Assembly (NCBI GenBank): GCA_046290465.1
Contig: JBKAGP010000001.1
Location: 192,001 to 256,000 of the forward strand
DNA length: 64,000 bases
Source of the DNA: Planctomycetota bacterium
GTDB taxonomy: Bacteria; Planctomycetota; UBA1135; UBA2386
Direction of reading: 5' to 3'
Numbering within the stretch: position 1 is the stretch's first letter; the number at the start of each line of letters is the position of its first letter. A program made the position numbers and the translations under genes. Below the pieces are notes generated by a model that saw nothing but the letters and a program-made list of their open reading frames with translations, was not told the origin of the DNA and ran no database searches. Below are positions 36,021 to 47,430 of the stretch, piece by piece.

Positions 36021-37276
36021 CCCAGCGCATTCCCTGCAAGGTCGGCGGCTGCGAGCGCCAGATCCTGCCCGCCACGGCCAAGGACACCGGCGGCATGTGC
36101 ATGCCCTGCCACCTGGGCTGGGGCCATCCGGACCGCAAGCCGACAATGCCTGCGCAGGTCGACCGGTTCGCCGGTGTCGACGATCCGGTCGAGATCCTGG
36201 TGCGGCACTTCGATGCGCCGAAGCCCGACGGCACCGTCTACCTCGATCCACCCGAGCCGGTGCACGCATACTTCGAACGCCTGACGCCGGCCGAGCAGGA
36301 GCGGCTGCGCGACGCGGCGGTCGACCTGATCGCGCGCGGGATCCGCCACGGCGAGCAGCTGGCGATCGCGATCGCCTGCCAGACGTCGGCCGAGGTGCGA
36401 CCGGTGCAGCTGGCGCTGCTGGACCAGGAACGGCTGCTGGCGCCGGCCGCCTTCGCCGGCGCTGCGGCCGACGTGCGCGATCGGCTGTTGGCCCGGCTGG
36501 CCGTCGCCGATCGCCGCGAGCTGTGGGCCGTGCTGGAGGCATTGGCGTGGTGCCGAGACGAGGTCGTGGTCGCGCGATTCGCCGGGTGGCGGGCGACGCC
36601 GCCGCCGTGGTGGACCCGGTTCGGGGGTGAGCTGTGCGAGGTGACGCACCGGGCCGGGTGGGAACTCGACGAGCGCGGTGCCTGCCGTGCGCTGACGACG
36701 GACCGCTGCTACGAGCTGGTCGAGCGGCCGGACGACGGTGCTCCCGGCGCGGTCGGCGATGCGGCCGGCGATGGGGCCGCCGAGCAGGCCGGCGTGGGGG
36801 TCACGGTGCGCAACGGGCAGGCCTGTCCGAGCTGCGGCAACCCGGTCTACGACCTGCTGCGCGTTCGCGAGAGGGCGGGCGTGCTCGCCGTGCCGCTGTG
36901 TCCTGCGTGCCTCTACCACGTCGGCCCGCAGCGCGGCGTGTTCGACGACGCCGGCCGCAGCCGCTTGCTCGCGCCCGACGAAGGCGCCGACGGTGGGCAG
37001 CAGTACGACCCGCTGCCCGAGGATGCGCTGCGCCGGGGTCGGCGGCGGCCGCCGCGGTGGGCGATCGAGTGGGGCGCGGCCCCGGCCTCGCAGCTCGGCG
37101 GACATCCGACCTGGGTGCAGAGCAGCGAGTATCCGTCGTGCCCGACGTGCCGGCGCACGATGCGGTTCGTCGGCCAGCTCGACACCGAGGACCTGGAGCT
37201 CGGCATGGAGGGCTTCCACTACGCGTTCGCGTGCCGATCGTGCCGGACCACCGCCGCGGTGTTCCAGTGCAGCTGA
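36017..37276 (+). CDS. DUF1963/YwqG-like Cys-rich protein
   Basis: N-terminal C...ILPATA..TGG.CMPC; C-terminal SQLGGHPTWVQ..YP.CP.C...M.F.GQ...FQCS; ATGA overlap. Confidence 0.75.
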   Translation: MTQRIPCKVGGCERQILPATAKDTGGMCMPCHLGWGHPDRKPTMPAQVDRFAGVDDPVEILVRHFDAPKPDGTVYLDPPEPVHAYFERLTPAEQERLRDAAVDLIARGIRHGEQLAIAIACQTSAEVRPVQLALLDQERLLAPAAFAGAAADVRDRLLARLAVADRRELWAVLEALAWCRDEVVVARFAGWRATPPPWWTRFGGELCEVTHRAGWELDERGACRALTTDRCYELVERPDDGAPGAVGDAAGDGAAEQAGVGVTVRNGQACPSCGNPVYDLLRVRERAGVLAVPLCPACLYHVGPQRGVFDDAGRSRLLAPDEGADGGQQYDPLPEDALRRGRRRPPRWAIEWGAAPASQLGGHPTWVQSSEYPSCPTCRRTMRFVGQLDTEDLELGMEGFHYAFACRSCRTTAAVFQCS

Positions 37277-37280
37277 GCCG

Positions 37281-37748
37281 CTACAGCTCGCGCGTCATGC
37301 AGATGCTGAAGCCGTCGTCGACGTAGTCGCCGAACGGCGGGCACGGCGCGAAGCCGAAGCGCCGGTAGAGGCTGCGCGCCGGTGCGAACGCCTCGTTGTT
37401 GCCGGTCTCGAGGCTGAGTCTGCGGTAGCCCCGCTGGCGCGCCGTGGCCAGCATGTGCTCCATCAGCTGCGCGGCGACGCCACGGCGCAGGTGGCTGGTC
37501 GCGGTGCGCATCGACTTGAGTTCGCCGTGTGCGGGGCCGAGTTCGCGCAGCGCGCCGCAGCCGGCCAGCTGGTCGCCGTCGTAAACGGTCCAGAAGGTCA
37601 CGTCGGGCGCGCGCAGGCCGTCAAGGTCGAGCGCGTGCACCGCGCCGGGCGGCGAGTTCTGCGCCGCCATCTCGAGGTGCTCCTGCAGCAGCGCCTGGAT
37701 CGCTTCGCCGCGCAGGTCGTCGACGCGCAGTTCGAAGCGGCCGGGCAT
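37281..37748 (-). CDS. GNAT N-acetyltransferase (YedL/YsnE-like)
   Basis: VHALD, GCGAL, GELKSMRT, RRGVA, LSLETG, CPPFGDY. Confidence 0.9.
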   Translation of the reverse strand: MPGRFELRVDDLRGEAIQALLQEHLEMAAQNSPPGAVHALDLDGLRAPDVTFWTVYDGDQLAGCGALRELGPAHGELKSMRTATSHLRRGVAAQLMEHMLATARQRGYRRLSLETGNNEAFAPARSLYRRFGFAPCPPFGDYVDDGFSICMTREL

Positions 37749-37752
37749 CGGC

Positions 37753-38093
37753 TCAGTGGCCTTCCTTGACCATGTTGACGTTCCAGGACGGGATCACGAT
37801 CTCGACCCTGCCGTCCTCGGGCAGCCGCTCGAGCCGCGCCTGGCAGCCGAGCCGCGAGTCGAGCGCGACGTCGCGCGCCTCGTCGAGCTGGTCGAGCTCG
37901 TCGTCGCTGGCCTCGGGGAAGCAGTCGAAGCCGTGCTTGATCTTGACGTGACAGGTCGAGCACGCGCAGACGCCGCCGCATGCGTGGTCGAGTTCGACTC
38001 CCTGCTGCAGGGCCGCTTCGAGGATGGACTGGCCGACCGCGAGCTTCAGCTCCTTGGTCTCGCCGTCCGCGTTGACGATCAGGCGGGCTTCGC

Positions 38094-38097
<4 letters not shown>
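37753..38097 (-). CDS. fdx: ISC 2Fe-2S ferredoxin
   Basis: [14 protein letters not shown]...SRLGCQ; last gene of the isc operon. Confidence 0.92.
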
Positions 38098-39928
<1,831 letters not shown>

Positions 39929-39932
<4 letters not shown>

Positions 39933-40429
39933 GACTTGGCTTCGAGGTCGTGCAGGGCCTTCAGGTGGTAGTGCGACTGGTGCACGCGGCGCGCCGCCGC
40001 GGCGAAGTCCCGGTCGGCGACCGCGCGCTGCAGCGCGTCGAAGTCGGCGTCGACCGCGGCCTGCAGCTTGTCGGTCAACGCGGCGCTGCGGTCGCTGTCG
40101 GCGAACGCGACCTCCTCGGCCAGCTCCAGCGCCTCGGCCAGGAACATCGGGTCGAGCTTCTTGTTGGCCTCGAGCACGCCGGGCTGCTCGGCTTCGAGTA
40201 GCGCACGGGCGCGCTTCCAGCGGTCGCGCAGCACGTTCCAGGCGTCGTTGATCTCGGCGGCGCGCTGCAGCACGGCGACGCAGTCGTCGGAGTTCTCGGA
40301 CCGGTTGTGGTCCGGATGGCAGTCGCGCGAGAGCTTGAGGTAGCGGAGCTCGAGATCGTTCGGGTCGAGGTCCAGCGTGCGGGGGACGCCGAACACCGCG
40401 AACGCGTCGGGGGCGGGGACGTGGATCAC
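39929..40429 (-). CDS. hscB: Co-chaperone HscB
   Basis: J-domain HPD, IN.A...L, DPMFL; lies between iscA and hscA; GTG start inferred. Confidence 0.85.
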
Positions 40430-40440
40430 GGCTGTGGCTG

Positions 40441-40842
40441 CTACGCGCTGAACGACGTGCCGCAACCGCAGGTGCCGGACGCCTGCGGGTTCTTGAAGAC
40501 GAAGCCGCGGTCGAGCAGACCGTCGTTGAAGTCCAGCTCGGTGCCGCCCATGAAGAACTCGCTCTTCTTGTCGACGACGATCTTCACGCCGTGCTGCTCG
40601 AACGTCAGGTCGAACTCGGTCGGGCCGGCTTGGTCGAAGTCGAGCACGTAGGTGAAGCCCGAGCAGCCGCCGCCCTTGGCGCCGATGCGCACCCAGGTCG
40701 ACTCCTCCGGGAACTTCTGCTCCGCGATGACCCGCTGGATCTCCTTGGCGGCGCGTTCCGTCAGCTGCACGCCGCGGCTCGGCTTGGCCTTCGGCTCCTC
40801 GGTGTCGCTGCCGGTCTGGTTGCTCTCGGTGGTGTCGCTCAC
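40441..40842 (-). CDS. iscA: A-type Fe-S carrier IscA
   Basis: GGGCSGF, GF.F.NP, CGCGTSF. Confidence 0.92.
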   Translation of the reverse strand: MSDTTESNQTGSDTEEPKAKPSRGVQLTERAAKEIQRVIAEQKFPEESTWVRIGAKGGGCSGFTYVLDFDQAGPTEFDLTFEQHGVKIVVDKKSEFFMGGTELDFNDGLLDRGFVFKNPQASGTCGCGTSFSA

Positions 40843-41249
40843 GACTTGGCCTCCTCCTCCGCGGGGAGCTTGCCGTTCTTGCGCTTCCAGTCGTCGATCG
40901 CGGCCTTGATGGCGTCCTCGGCGAGCACCGAGCAGTGGATCTTGACCGGCGGCAGCGCGAGCTCCTCGACGATCTGGGTGTTCTTGATCTGCGCGGCGGC
41001 GTCGATCGTCGTGCCCTTGAGCCACTCGGTGGCGAGCGACGACGAGGCGATCGCCGAGCCGCAGCCGTAGGTCTTGAACTTGGCGTCGACGATCTTGCCG
41101 CCGTCGTCGACCTTGATCTGCAGCTTCATCACGTCACCACACTCCGGTGCGCCGACGACGCCGGTGCCGACGTCCTCGGCGTCCTTGTCGAGCGAGCCGA
41201 CGTTGCGCGGGTTTTGGTAGTGGTCGAGGACCTTGTCGCTGTAGGCCAT
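40839..41249 (-). CDS. iscU: Fe-S scaffold IscU
   Basis: MAYSDKVLDHYQNPRNVG, APECGDVM, GCGSAIASSS, LPPVKIHCS. Confidence 0.97.
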   Translation of the reverse strand: MAYSDKVLDHYQNPRNVGSLDKDAEDVGTGVVGAPECGDVMKLQIKVDDGGKIVDAKFKTYGCGSAIASSSLATEWLKGTTIDAAAQIKNTQIVEELALPPVKIHCSVLAEDAIKAAIDDWKRKNGKLPAEEEAKS

Positions 41250-41308
41250 GGTTGGGTTCGCTGTTGGTTGGTGCTTTGGTTGTTTCGGTTGCTGTTGGGT
41301 CGTGGCGA

Positions 41309-42523
41309 TCAGTGCATCGTCCACTTGACCTGGCTGAGATCGACGCCCTCCTGGACCATCTCCCACAGCGGGCTCATCTCGCGCAGGCGCTTGACCTCGG
41401 TGATCACGCGATCGGCGGCGAAGTCGACCTCCTGCTCGGTGGTGAACCGGCCGAGCGAGAAGCGGATCGAGCTGTGCGCGAGTTCGTCGCCGAGGCCGAG
41501 GCTCTTCAGCACGTAGCTCGGCTCGAGGCTCGCCGACGTGCACGCGGAGCCCGACGACACGGCGACCTCCTTGATGCCCATCAGCAGCGACTCGCCCTCG
41601 ACATACGGGAACGAGATGTTGGTCAGGTGCGGCAGGCGGTGCTCCGGGTCGCCGTTGATGACGGCGTCCGGCAGCTCCTTCAGGATCCGGTCCTGCAGCC
41701 GGTCGCGCAGCGCGATCAGCTTGTCGACCTCGGTGGCCATCTCCTCGCGGCAGATCCGCGCGGCCTCGCCCATGCCGACGATGCCGGTCACGTTGAGCGT
41801 GCCCGAGCGCATGCCGCGCTCGTGGCCGCCGCCGTCCATCTGCGACGTCAGGCGAACGCGCGGGTTCTTGCGGCGGACGTAGAGGCAGCCGACGCCCTTG
41901 GGGCCGTACATCTTGTGCGCGCTGAGCGACAGCAGGTCGATGTTCTGGTCCTCGACGTCGAGCGGCAGCTTGCCGGCCGCCTGGGTCGCGTCGGTGTGGA
42001 ACAGCGTGCCCTTCGCCTTGCAGAGCGCGCCGATCTCCTTCAGCGGGTGGGCGGTGCCGACCTCGTTGTTGGCGGCCATCAGCGAGACCAGGATGGTCTT
42101 GTCGGTGATCGCGTTCTCGAGCTGCTTCAGGTCGACGTGGCCCTTGGCGTCGACGTCGAGCCAGGTCACCTCGTAGCCCTGGGTCTCCAGGTACTTCATC
42201 GGGTCGAGCACGGCCTTGTGCTCGGTCACCGCGGTGATCAGGTGGTTGCCCTTCTGCTTGTACATCTGGGCGACGCCCTTGATCGCGAGGTTGTTGGCCT
42301 CGGTCGAGCCGCTCGTCCAGAGCACCTCCTTCGGGTGCGCGCCGATCAGCTGCGCGACCTGGCCGCGCGCTTCCTCGACCGCGGCCTCGGCCGTCCACCC
42401 AAACGAGTGGCTGCGGCTGGCGGCGTTGCCGAAGGTATCGGTGAAGAAGGGCACCATGCGCTCGACGACCCGCGGGTCGCACGGCGTCGTGGCGCTGTAG
42501 TCGAGATAGATCGGCTTGTTCAT
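41309..42523 (-). CDS. iscS: Cysteine desulfurase IscS
   Basis: [43 protein letters not shown]. Confidence 0.97.
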   Translation of the reverse strand: MNKPIYLDYSATTPCDPRVVERMVPFFTDTFGNAASRSHSFGWTAEAAVEEARGQVAQLIGAHPKEVLWTSGSTEANNLAIKGVAQMYKQKGNHLITAVTEHKAVLDPMKYLETQGYEVTWLDVDAKGHVDLKQLENAITDKTILVSLMAANNEVGTAHPLKEIGALCKAKGTLFHTDATQAAGKLPLDVEDQNIDLLSLSAHKMYGPKGVGCLYVRRKNPRVRLTSQMDGGGHERGMRSGTLNVTGIVGMGEAARICREEMATEVDKLIALRDRLQDRILKELPDAVINGDPEHRLPHLTNISFPYVEGESLLMGIKEVAVSSGSACTSASLEPSYVLKSLGLGDELAHSSIRFSLGRFTTEQEVDFAADRVITEVKRLREMSPLWEMVQEGVDLSQVKWTMH

Positions 42524-42539
42524 CTAACTGGGGTTGCCG

Positions 42540-43226
42540 CTACTGGGTTTGCCGCTGCTGGGGGTTGCCGGTGCGCGCCGCGTCGCCACCGCTGGTCGAC
42601 CCTTCGGTGGCGTCGCCGGTGGTGGCGTCTGCGGACGAGCAGACAGGGGTCATGGCGCACAGTTCGTCGAGGTGGATCTCGGCGAACAGCTTGCGGATGC
42701 GCTCGTGCACGACGCGCATCGGTTGCTTGCTGGGGCAGAACGCGATCAGCGCGCAGTCGGTGCTGCCGGTCGACGCTGTGGACGCGTCGTTGCCGGCCAT
42801 GCTCGGTGCCTGCGGCAGCAGGCCGGAGGCGGCCGAGTCGCCGTGTACTGAGTCCCCATCTACCGAGTCCCCATCTACCGAGTCCTCGTGTACTGAGTCC
42901 TCCTGTGAAGGCTCGTCGTGCGAGACACAGTCGACCAGCACGAACTTGCCCTCGACGACCTCGAGGATCTGGCCGAGCGTGATCTCGCTGGGGGCGTGCG
43001 CCAGGCGATAGCCGCCGCGCAGGCCGCGCACCGAGTCGAGCAGGTCGTGCCGCGCGAACTCCTTGAGCAGGTTGGCGACGACGCTCTTGTTGAGGCCCGC
43101 CTGGCGCGCGATCTCGTGCGCGCTGACCACGGTGTCCTCGGCGCTACCCCCGGGGTAGGCACCCTGGCGGGCGATGGCGCCCAGCAGGAACACGGCGTAG
43201 TCGGCTTTCTTGGAGATCCGCAGCAT
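42540..43226 (-). CDS. Rrf2-family (IscR-like) regulator with repeat insertions
   Basis: Rrf2 wHTH (SVRGLRGGYRLA); Cys in VDC and DCALIAFC; heads the isc operon. Confidence 0.85.
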   Translation of the reverse strand: MLRISKKADYAVFLLGAIARQGAYPGGSAEDTVVSAHEIARQAGLNKSVVANLLKEFARHDLLDSVRGLRGGYRLAHAPSEITLGQILEVVEGKFVLVDCVSHDEPSQEDSVHEDSVDGDSVDGDSVHGDSAASGLLPQAPSMAGNDASTASTGSTDCALIAFCPSKQPMRVVHERIRKLFAEIHLDELCAMTPVCSSADATTGDATEGSTSGGDAARTGNPQQRQTQ

Positions 43227-43344
43227 GTGCTTTCGGGCGGGAAAGTAGACCTGGTTTGGGGCTCATTCAACGGATCGGCTGGAAAAAGCCCTGAATCGAG
43301 GCACATTTGAACCCAAGAACGCCGACGCCGGAATCCCCGCCGCC

Positions 43345-44244
43345 ATGACCGAGACCCAATTGCCTGCAACCCTCCTTGCCAACGGACCCTACGCGCGTGA
43401 CGACGCGCCGTTCGCGCTGCTCGACGTGCTCGGTCCCGATGCGGGAGCGTTCCTGCAGCGGCTGTGTTCGCAGGACGTCGTCGGACTCGACGACGGGCAG
43501 CTCGCCCCGGCGGCGTTCCTCGACGCCAAGGGCAAGCTGGTCTGCACGGTGCTGGTCTGGCGCCGCGGGGACGGCTTCCGCCTGGAGACGCATCGCGAAC
43601 AGGTCGAGCGGCTGTTCGAACTGCTCGAGCGCTACCACTTCACCGAGAAGCTGAGCATCGCCAGGGTCGAGCAGGGCGGCTGCCACGAATACGTCGCCGC
43701 CGCCGCGGAGCCGGTCGCGAGCGCCGTCAACACCGACGACGGCTGCCAGCTGCGCTATGCGCGCCACGGCGTGCTGTTCGTGCGCAGCTACGGCGACACC
43801 ACGCGGGTGTCGGCGACGCCGCTGGCCGAAGACCTGGCCGAGGCGCTGCGCATGGCCGCGGGGCTGGTGCGCGTCGGTGTCGAGACCGAGGCGAGCACGC
43901 TGGCGCTGGAGGCCGGGCTCGACGACCACTGCTCGACGCGCAAGGGCTGCTACACCGGCCAGGAGATCGTCGCCCGCATCCACACCTACGGCCACGTCAA
44001 CCGCAAGCTGTGTCTGCTGCAGCTCGGCGGCGGCGACGCGATCGAGGCGCCCGCGACCCTGCTCGAGCCCGAGGACGAACTGCCGGTCGGGCGCGTCATG
44101 CACGCGGTGCCGGTCGCCGGCCACGACCTGCGCGTCGGACTCGGCTACCTGCCGAAGGACTTCCAGGCGCTCGGCACCAGGCTCCAGCTCGAGGACGGCG
44201 GGGTGGCGACGGTGGTGGGGTTCGGCGACGCCGCCGACGGCTGA
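43345..44244 (+). CDS. ygfZ: YgfZ/GcvT-like folate-binding Fe-S repair protein
   Basis: KGCYTGQEIVAR signature; divergent from the isc operon. Confidence 0.9.
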   Translation: MTETQLPATLLANGPYARDDAPFALLDVLGPDAGAFLQRLCSQDVVGLDDGQLAPAAFLDAKGKLVCTVLVWRRGDGFRLETHREQVERLFELLERYHFTEKLSIARVEQGGCHEYVAAAAEPVASAVNTDDGCQLRYARHGVLFVRSYGDTTRVSATPLAEDLAEALRMAAGLVRVGVETEASTLALEAGLDDHCSTRKGCYTGQEIVARIHTYGHVNRKLCLLQLGGGDAIEAPATLLEPEDELPVGRVMHAVPVAGHDLRVGLGYLPKDFQALGTRLQLEDGGVATVVGFGDAADG

Positions 44245-44257
44245 TGCGCCGCGCCGA

Positions 44258-44325
44258 CCGGCCAGGTGGCCCGGCCAGGTGGCCCGGCCAGGTGGCGCAG
44301 CTTGAACCGGGTTCGGTATGCGGTG
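44258..44325 (+). repeat. 13-bp triplication fused to a solo RAYT-associated repeat
   Basis: (CCGGCCAGGTGGC)x3 at 44258-44296 runs into GTGGCGCAGCTTGAACCGGGTTCGGTATGCGGTG (44292-44325). Confidence 0.9.
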
Positions 44326-44335
44326 TCTGGTGGGG

Positions 44336-45715
44336 TTACTTGCCGGACTTGGTGGGGGCCGGTTCGGCGCCGACAATGCGGATGTCGGCGTCCTTCAGGA
44401 TGTTCTCGCTGAACTCCTTGCCGCGCAGCACGCGCAGGCGCTGCAGCAGCTCCTTGTCGGTCGGGATCGGCTCCTGTTCGAGCACGGTGACCAGGTAGCA
44501 GCCGTTCTCGTCCTGCAGCGGCATCGACACCTCGGCAAGGCCGAGGGCGAACGCGGCCTTGACGATGACCTCCGGCAGCTGCTTCGACGAAGCCCGGTGC
44601 CAGCCGACGTCGCCGCCTTTGCGCTTGCTGGCGCCGTGCTCGCTCTCGATGCTCGCGGTGGCGGCGAAGCCGTCCTTGGCGATGCGTTCGCGGACCTTCA
44701 GCAGCTGCTGGCGCGCCTGCTCGAACGAACGGGTGATGATCGCGTTGGGCTCCTTGCGCGCGCGCAGGTAGATCAGGCCGATGCGGCGGCGGGGGCCGAC
44801 CTCGCGCATCACCTCGTCGCGCTGTTCGACGATCTGTTGGCGCAGCCGCGCGTCCGAGAAGTTGGCGAGCACCAGCTTGTCGAGCAGGATCTGCGAACGG
44901 AACGTGCGGAGCTCGCGCAGCGCGTCGATCGTCAGGCCCTGCGCCTCGAGCAGGTCCTCGAGCCTCACCTGCGAGAACCGCGGGTCCTGCTTCGCTTGCT
45001 GGCGGCGCGCCTCGACGGCTTCGTCGAGGTCCCGGTCGGTGACGCGCAGCTTCAGCTTCTCGGCCTGCTTCTCGATCGACTGCAGGTAGATGACCTGGCG
45101 GATGAAGCGGTCGCGTTCGAAGTCCTCGCTGGTGCGCAGCAGCAGCATGCCGAGGTCCATCAGCGGCACGTTCTGGTCGTCCATCTTCGCGACCGTACCG
45201 ATCGGCAGCTTGTCCGGGTCGGTCTCGATCGCGTGCCGCTTGCGAGCCTCGCCGATCCACAGCTTGAGCATGTCGCCGCTGACCTTCTCCTTCTCCGGGA
45301 GGCCGAGCTCCTTGCGCACCAGCCGTTCTTGCGAGATCTGCACCTTGAGGTCGTCGAGCCAGCGCTCCTCGTCGGTGTTGCGCACGGCGGCGACCGTGGC
45401 CGGGTCGACGCCGGCCGCCCGCAGCTGCTGCTGCAGCTGCTTCCAGAACTGCTCGGCGTCGGCGCGCGTCGGCGTCAGGCCGTGCTTCTGGGCCTCGGCG
45501 CGCGTCATCAGCGTGTCGACGATCATCTCGCAGGCCTCGCGGCCGCGGTCGCGACGCCGCAGGTGGAAGGCCATCTCGAGCGCGACGTCGGCGCGCGTCA
45601 CGGTCATCGGCTGACCTTCGAGCTTGTAGGTGGCCAGGACCTCGGTCGGCGCCTGCGGGCACGCAAGCGCCGTCGCGGCGAGGAACAGGATGCTGAGGGG
45701 TGCGGTCGCGGACAT
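44336..45715 (-). CDS. Periplasmic PpiC/SurA-type peptidyl-prolyl isomerase/chaperone
   Basis: Signal peptide; F...A...SE...S...GGDVGW, AAFAL...EVS.P. Confidence 0.8.
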   Translation of the reverse strand: MSATAPLSILFLAATALACPQAPTEVLATYKLEGQPMTVTRADVALEMAFHLRRRDRGREACEMIVDTLMTRAEAQKHGLTPTRADAEQFWKQLQQQLRAAGVDPATVAAVRNTDEERWLDDLKVQISQERLVRKELGLPEKEKVSGDMLKLWIGEARKRHAIETDPDKLPIGTVAKMDDQNVPLMDLGMLLLRTSEDFERDRFIRQVIYLQSIEKQAEKLKLRVTDRDLDEAVEARRQQAKQDPRFSQVRLEDLLEAQGLTIDALRELRTFRSQILLDKLVLANFSDARLRQQIVEQRDEVMREVGPRRRIGLIYLRARKEPNAIITRSFEQARQQLLKVRERIAKDGFAATASIESEHGASKRKGGDVGWHRASSKQLPEVIVKAAFALGLAEVSMPLQDENGCYLVTVLEQEPIPTDKELLQRLRVLRGKEFSENILKDADIRIVGAEPAPTKSGK

Positions 45716-45762
45716 GAGCCGTCGGACGATACCAGACGGCCGTCGCTTCCCGGGACCCCCGA

Positions 45763-46584
45763 TCAGCCGAACCGGCCCTCGATGTAGTCGGAGGTCTCCT
45801 TCTGCTGCGGCGACACGAACATGCGTTCGGTGGCGCTGTGCTCGATCACCTTGCCCAGCAGCATGAAGACGCACTCGTCGCTGGCGCGGCGGGCCTGGGC
45901 CATGTTGTGGGTGACGATCAGGATCGAGTACTTGCCGCGCAGCTCCCAGATCAGCTCCTCGACCGCCGAGGTGGCCTCGGGGTCGAGCGCCGAGCACGGC
46001 TCGTCCATCAGCAGCACGCTCGGTCGGGTCGGCAGCAGCCGCGCGATGCACAGCTTCTGCTGTTCTTCGAGCGACAGGCCGGTGGCCTTGGTCGACAGCT
46101 TGTCCTTGACGCGGTCCCACAGCAGCACCTGCTGCAGCGCCTGCTCGACGACGGCGTCCTCGTCGGCGCGCGAGGTCTTGCCCTCGCGGTGCAGGCGGTG
46201 GCCGAACAGCACGTTGTCGCGGATCGACAGCGGCAGCGGGTTGGGCCGCTGGAACACCATGCCGACGTGGCGGCGGACCTGGATGCGCGACGCGTCCGCG
46301 CCGTAGATGTCCTCGCCGAGCACCTCGATGGTGCCGGTCGTGCGCACGTAGCCGAGCCGTTCGTTGATGCGGTTGCAGCTGCGCAGCAGCGTCGACTTGC
46401 CGCAGCCCGACGGCCCGATCATCGACGTGACGATGCCGGACTTGATGGTCAGGTGGACGTCGTGCAGCGCCTGGAAGTCGCCGTACCAGAGGCTCATGTC
46501 GCGGACCGCGATGGCCGGCATCGCGTTGGCGGCGGCGTCGAGCACGGGGTCGCCCGGCGCGTGGGGTGCGGTGTGATCAGCCAA
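45763..46584 (-). CDS. pstB: Phosphate ABC ATPase, copy with degenerate signature motif
   Basis: GPSGCGKS, GMVFQRPNP, LSLEEQQKLCIAR, LMDEPCSALDP, VTHNMAQA, YIEGRFG. Confidence 0.92.
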   Translation of the reverse strand: MADHTAPHAPGDPVLDAAANAMPAIAVRDMSLWYGDFQALHDVHLTIKSGIVTSMIGPSGCGKSTLLRSCNRINERLGYVRTTGTIEVLGEDIYGADASRIQVRRHVGMVFQRPNPLPLSIRDNVLFGHRLHREGKTSRADEDAVVEQALQQVLLWDRVKDKLSTKATGLSLEEQQKLCIARLLPTRPSVLLMDEPCSALDPEATSAVEELIWELRGKYSILIVTHNMAQARRASDECVFMLLGKVIEHSATERMFVSPQQKETSDYIEGRFG

Positions 46585-47368
46585 AGCGGCCCTCCAGGTA
46601 GTCGACGGTGCGCTGGTCCTTGGCGCCGCCGGTGAACAGGTCCTCGGTCTCGCCGATCTCGACGCAGCTGCCGTTCAGGAAGAACGCGGTGCGGTCGGCG
46701 AGGCGACGGGCCTGCTGCACGAGGTTGGTGACCAGCACGATGGTCATCTCGTGGCGGAGCTCCTTGAGCACCTCCTCGATCCGCATCGTGGTGACCGGGT
46801 CGACCGCGATCGAGAACTCGTCGAGCAGCAGCACCTCCGGCTGCTGCGACAGCGCGCGTGCGATCGTCAGCCGCTGCTGCTGGCCGCCGGACAGCAGCGA
46901 GCCGAGGTTGGACAGCCGGTCCTTGACCTCGTCCCACAGCGCTGCGCGGGTCAGGCAGCGCTCGACGATGCCGTCGAGCTCGGACCTGCGCGTGATGCCG
47001 CTCAGCCGCGGCGCCAGCGCCACGTTGTCGTAGATCGACAGCGGCAGGCCGACCGGCAGCGGGAACACCACGCCGATGAAGCGGCGCAGCGCGTAGAGGT
47101 TCTGCACGTCGCGCACGTTGCGGCCGGCGAACTCGATGGTGCCGTCGACCTGCATGTCGTCGACGAACTCGTCCATGCGGTTGAGCGCGCGCAGGAACGA
47201 GGTCTTGCCGGCGTTGGCGGGGCCGATGATGCCGAAGATCTCGTTGCGCTGGACCTCGAAGCTGACGTTCTGCAGCGCGACCTTGTCGCCGTAGCGGATG
47301 GTCACATCGGCGAACCGCAGCATCGGTTGGCTCTGCCCAGTATCGCTGTTGCCAGTGTGGCTCTGCAT
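46577..47368 (-). CDS. pstB: Phosphate ABC ATPase, copy with degenerate H-switch; start uncertain (47437, 47368 or 47323)
   Basis: GPANAGKT, LSGGQQQRL, LLDEFSIAVDP, VTNLVQQA, YLEGRFG. Confidence 0.88.
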   Translation of the reverse strand: MQSHTGNSDTGQSQPMLRFADVTIRYGDKVALQNVSFEVQRNEIFGIIGPANAGKTSFLRALNRMDEFVDDMQVDGTIEFAGRNVRDVQNLYALRRFIGVVFPLPVGLPLSIYDNVALAPRLSGITRRSELDGIVERCLTRAALWDEVKDRLSNLGSLLSGGQQQRLTIARALSQQPEVLLLDEFSIAVDPVTTMRIEEVLKELRHEMTIVLVTNLVQQARRLADRTAFFLNGSCVEIGETEDLFTGGAKDQRTVDYLEGRFG

Positions 47369-47430
47369 GGTCGGGTCCTGCACGGTCGGGTCCTGCACGG
47401 TCGGGTCCTGCTCGGTGGCGTCGGTCGGGC

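Noticed and set aside
33458..37276. 1272-aa ORF and other very long overlapping or antisense ORFs (e.g. 1518..3953, 17448..20030, 28508..31009, 51521..54880 upstream part)
   Set aside because: They are Arg/Ala/Gly/Pro-rich shadow frames expected at this GC content and overlap well-supported genes; only the distal true genes were kept
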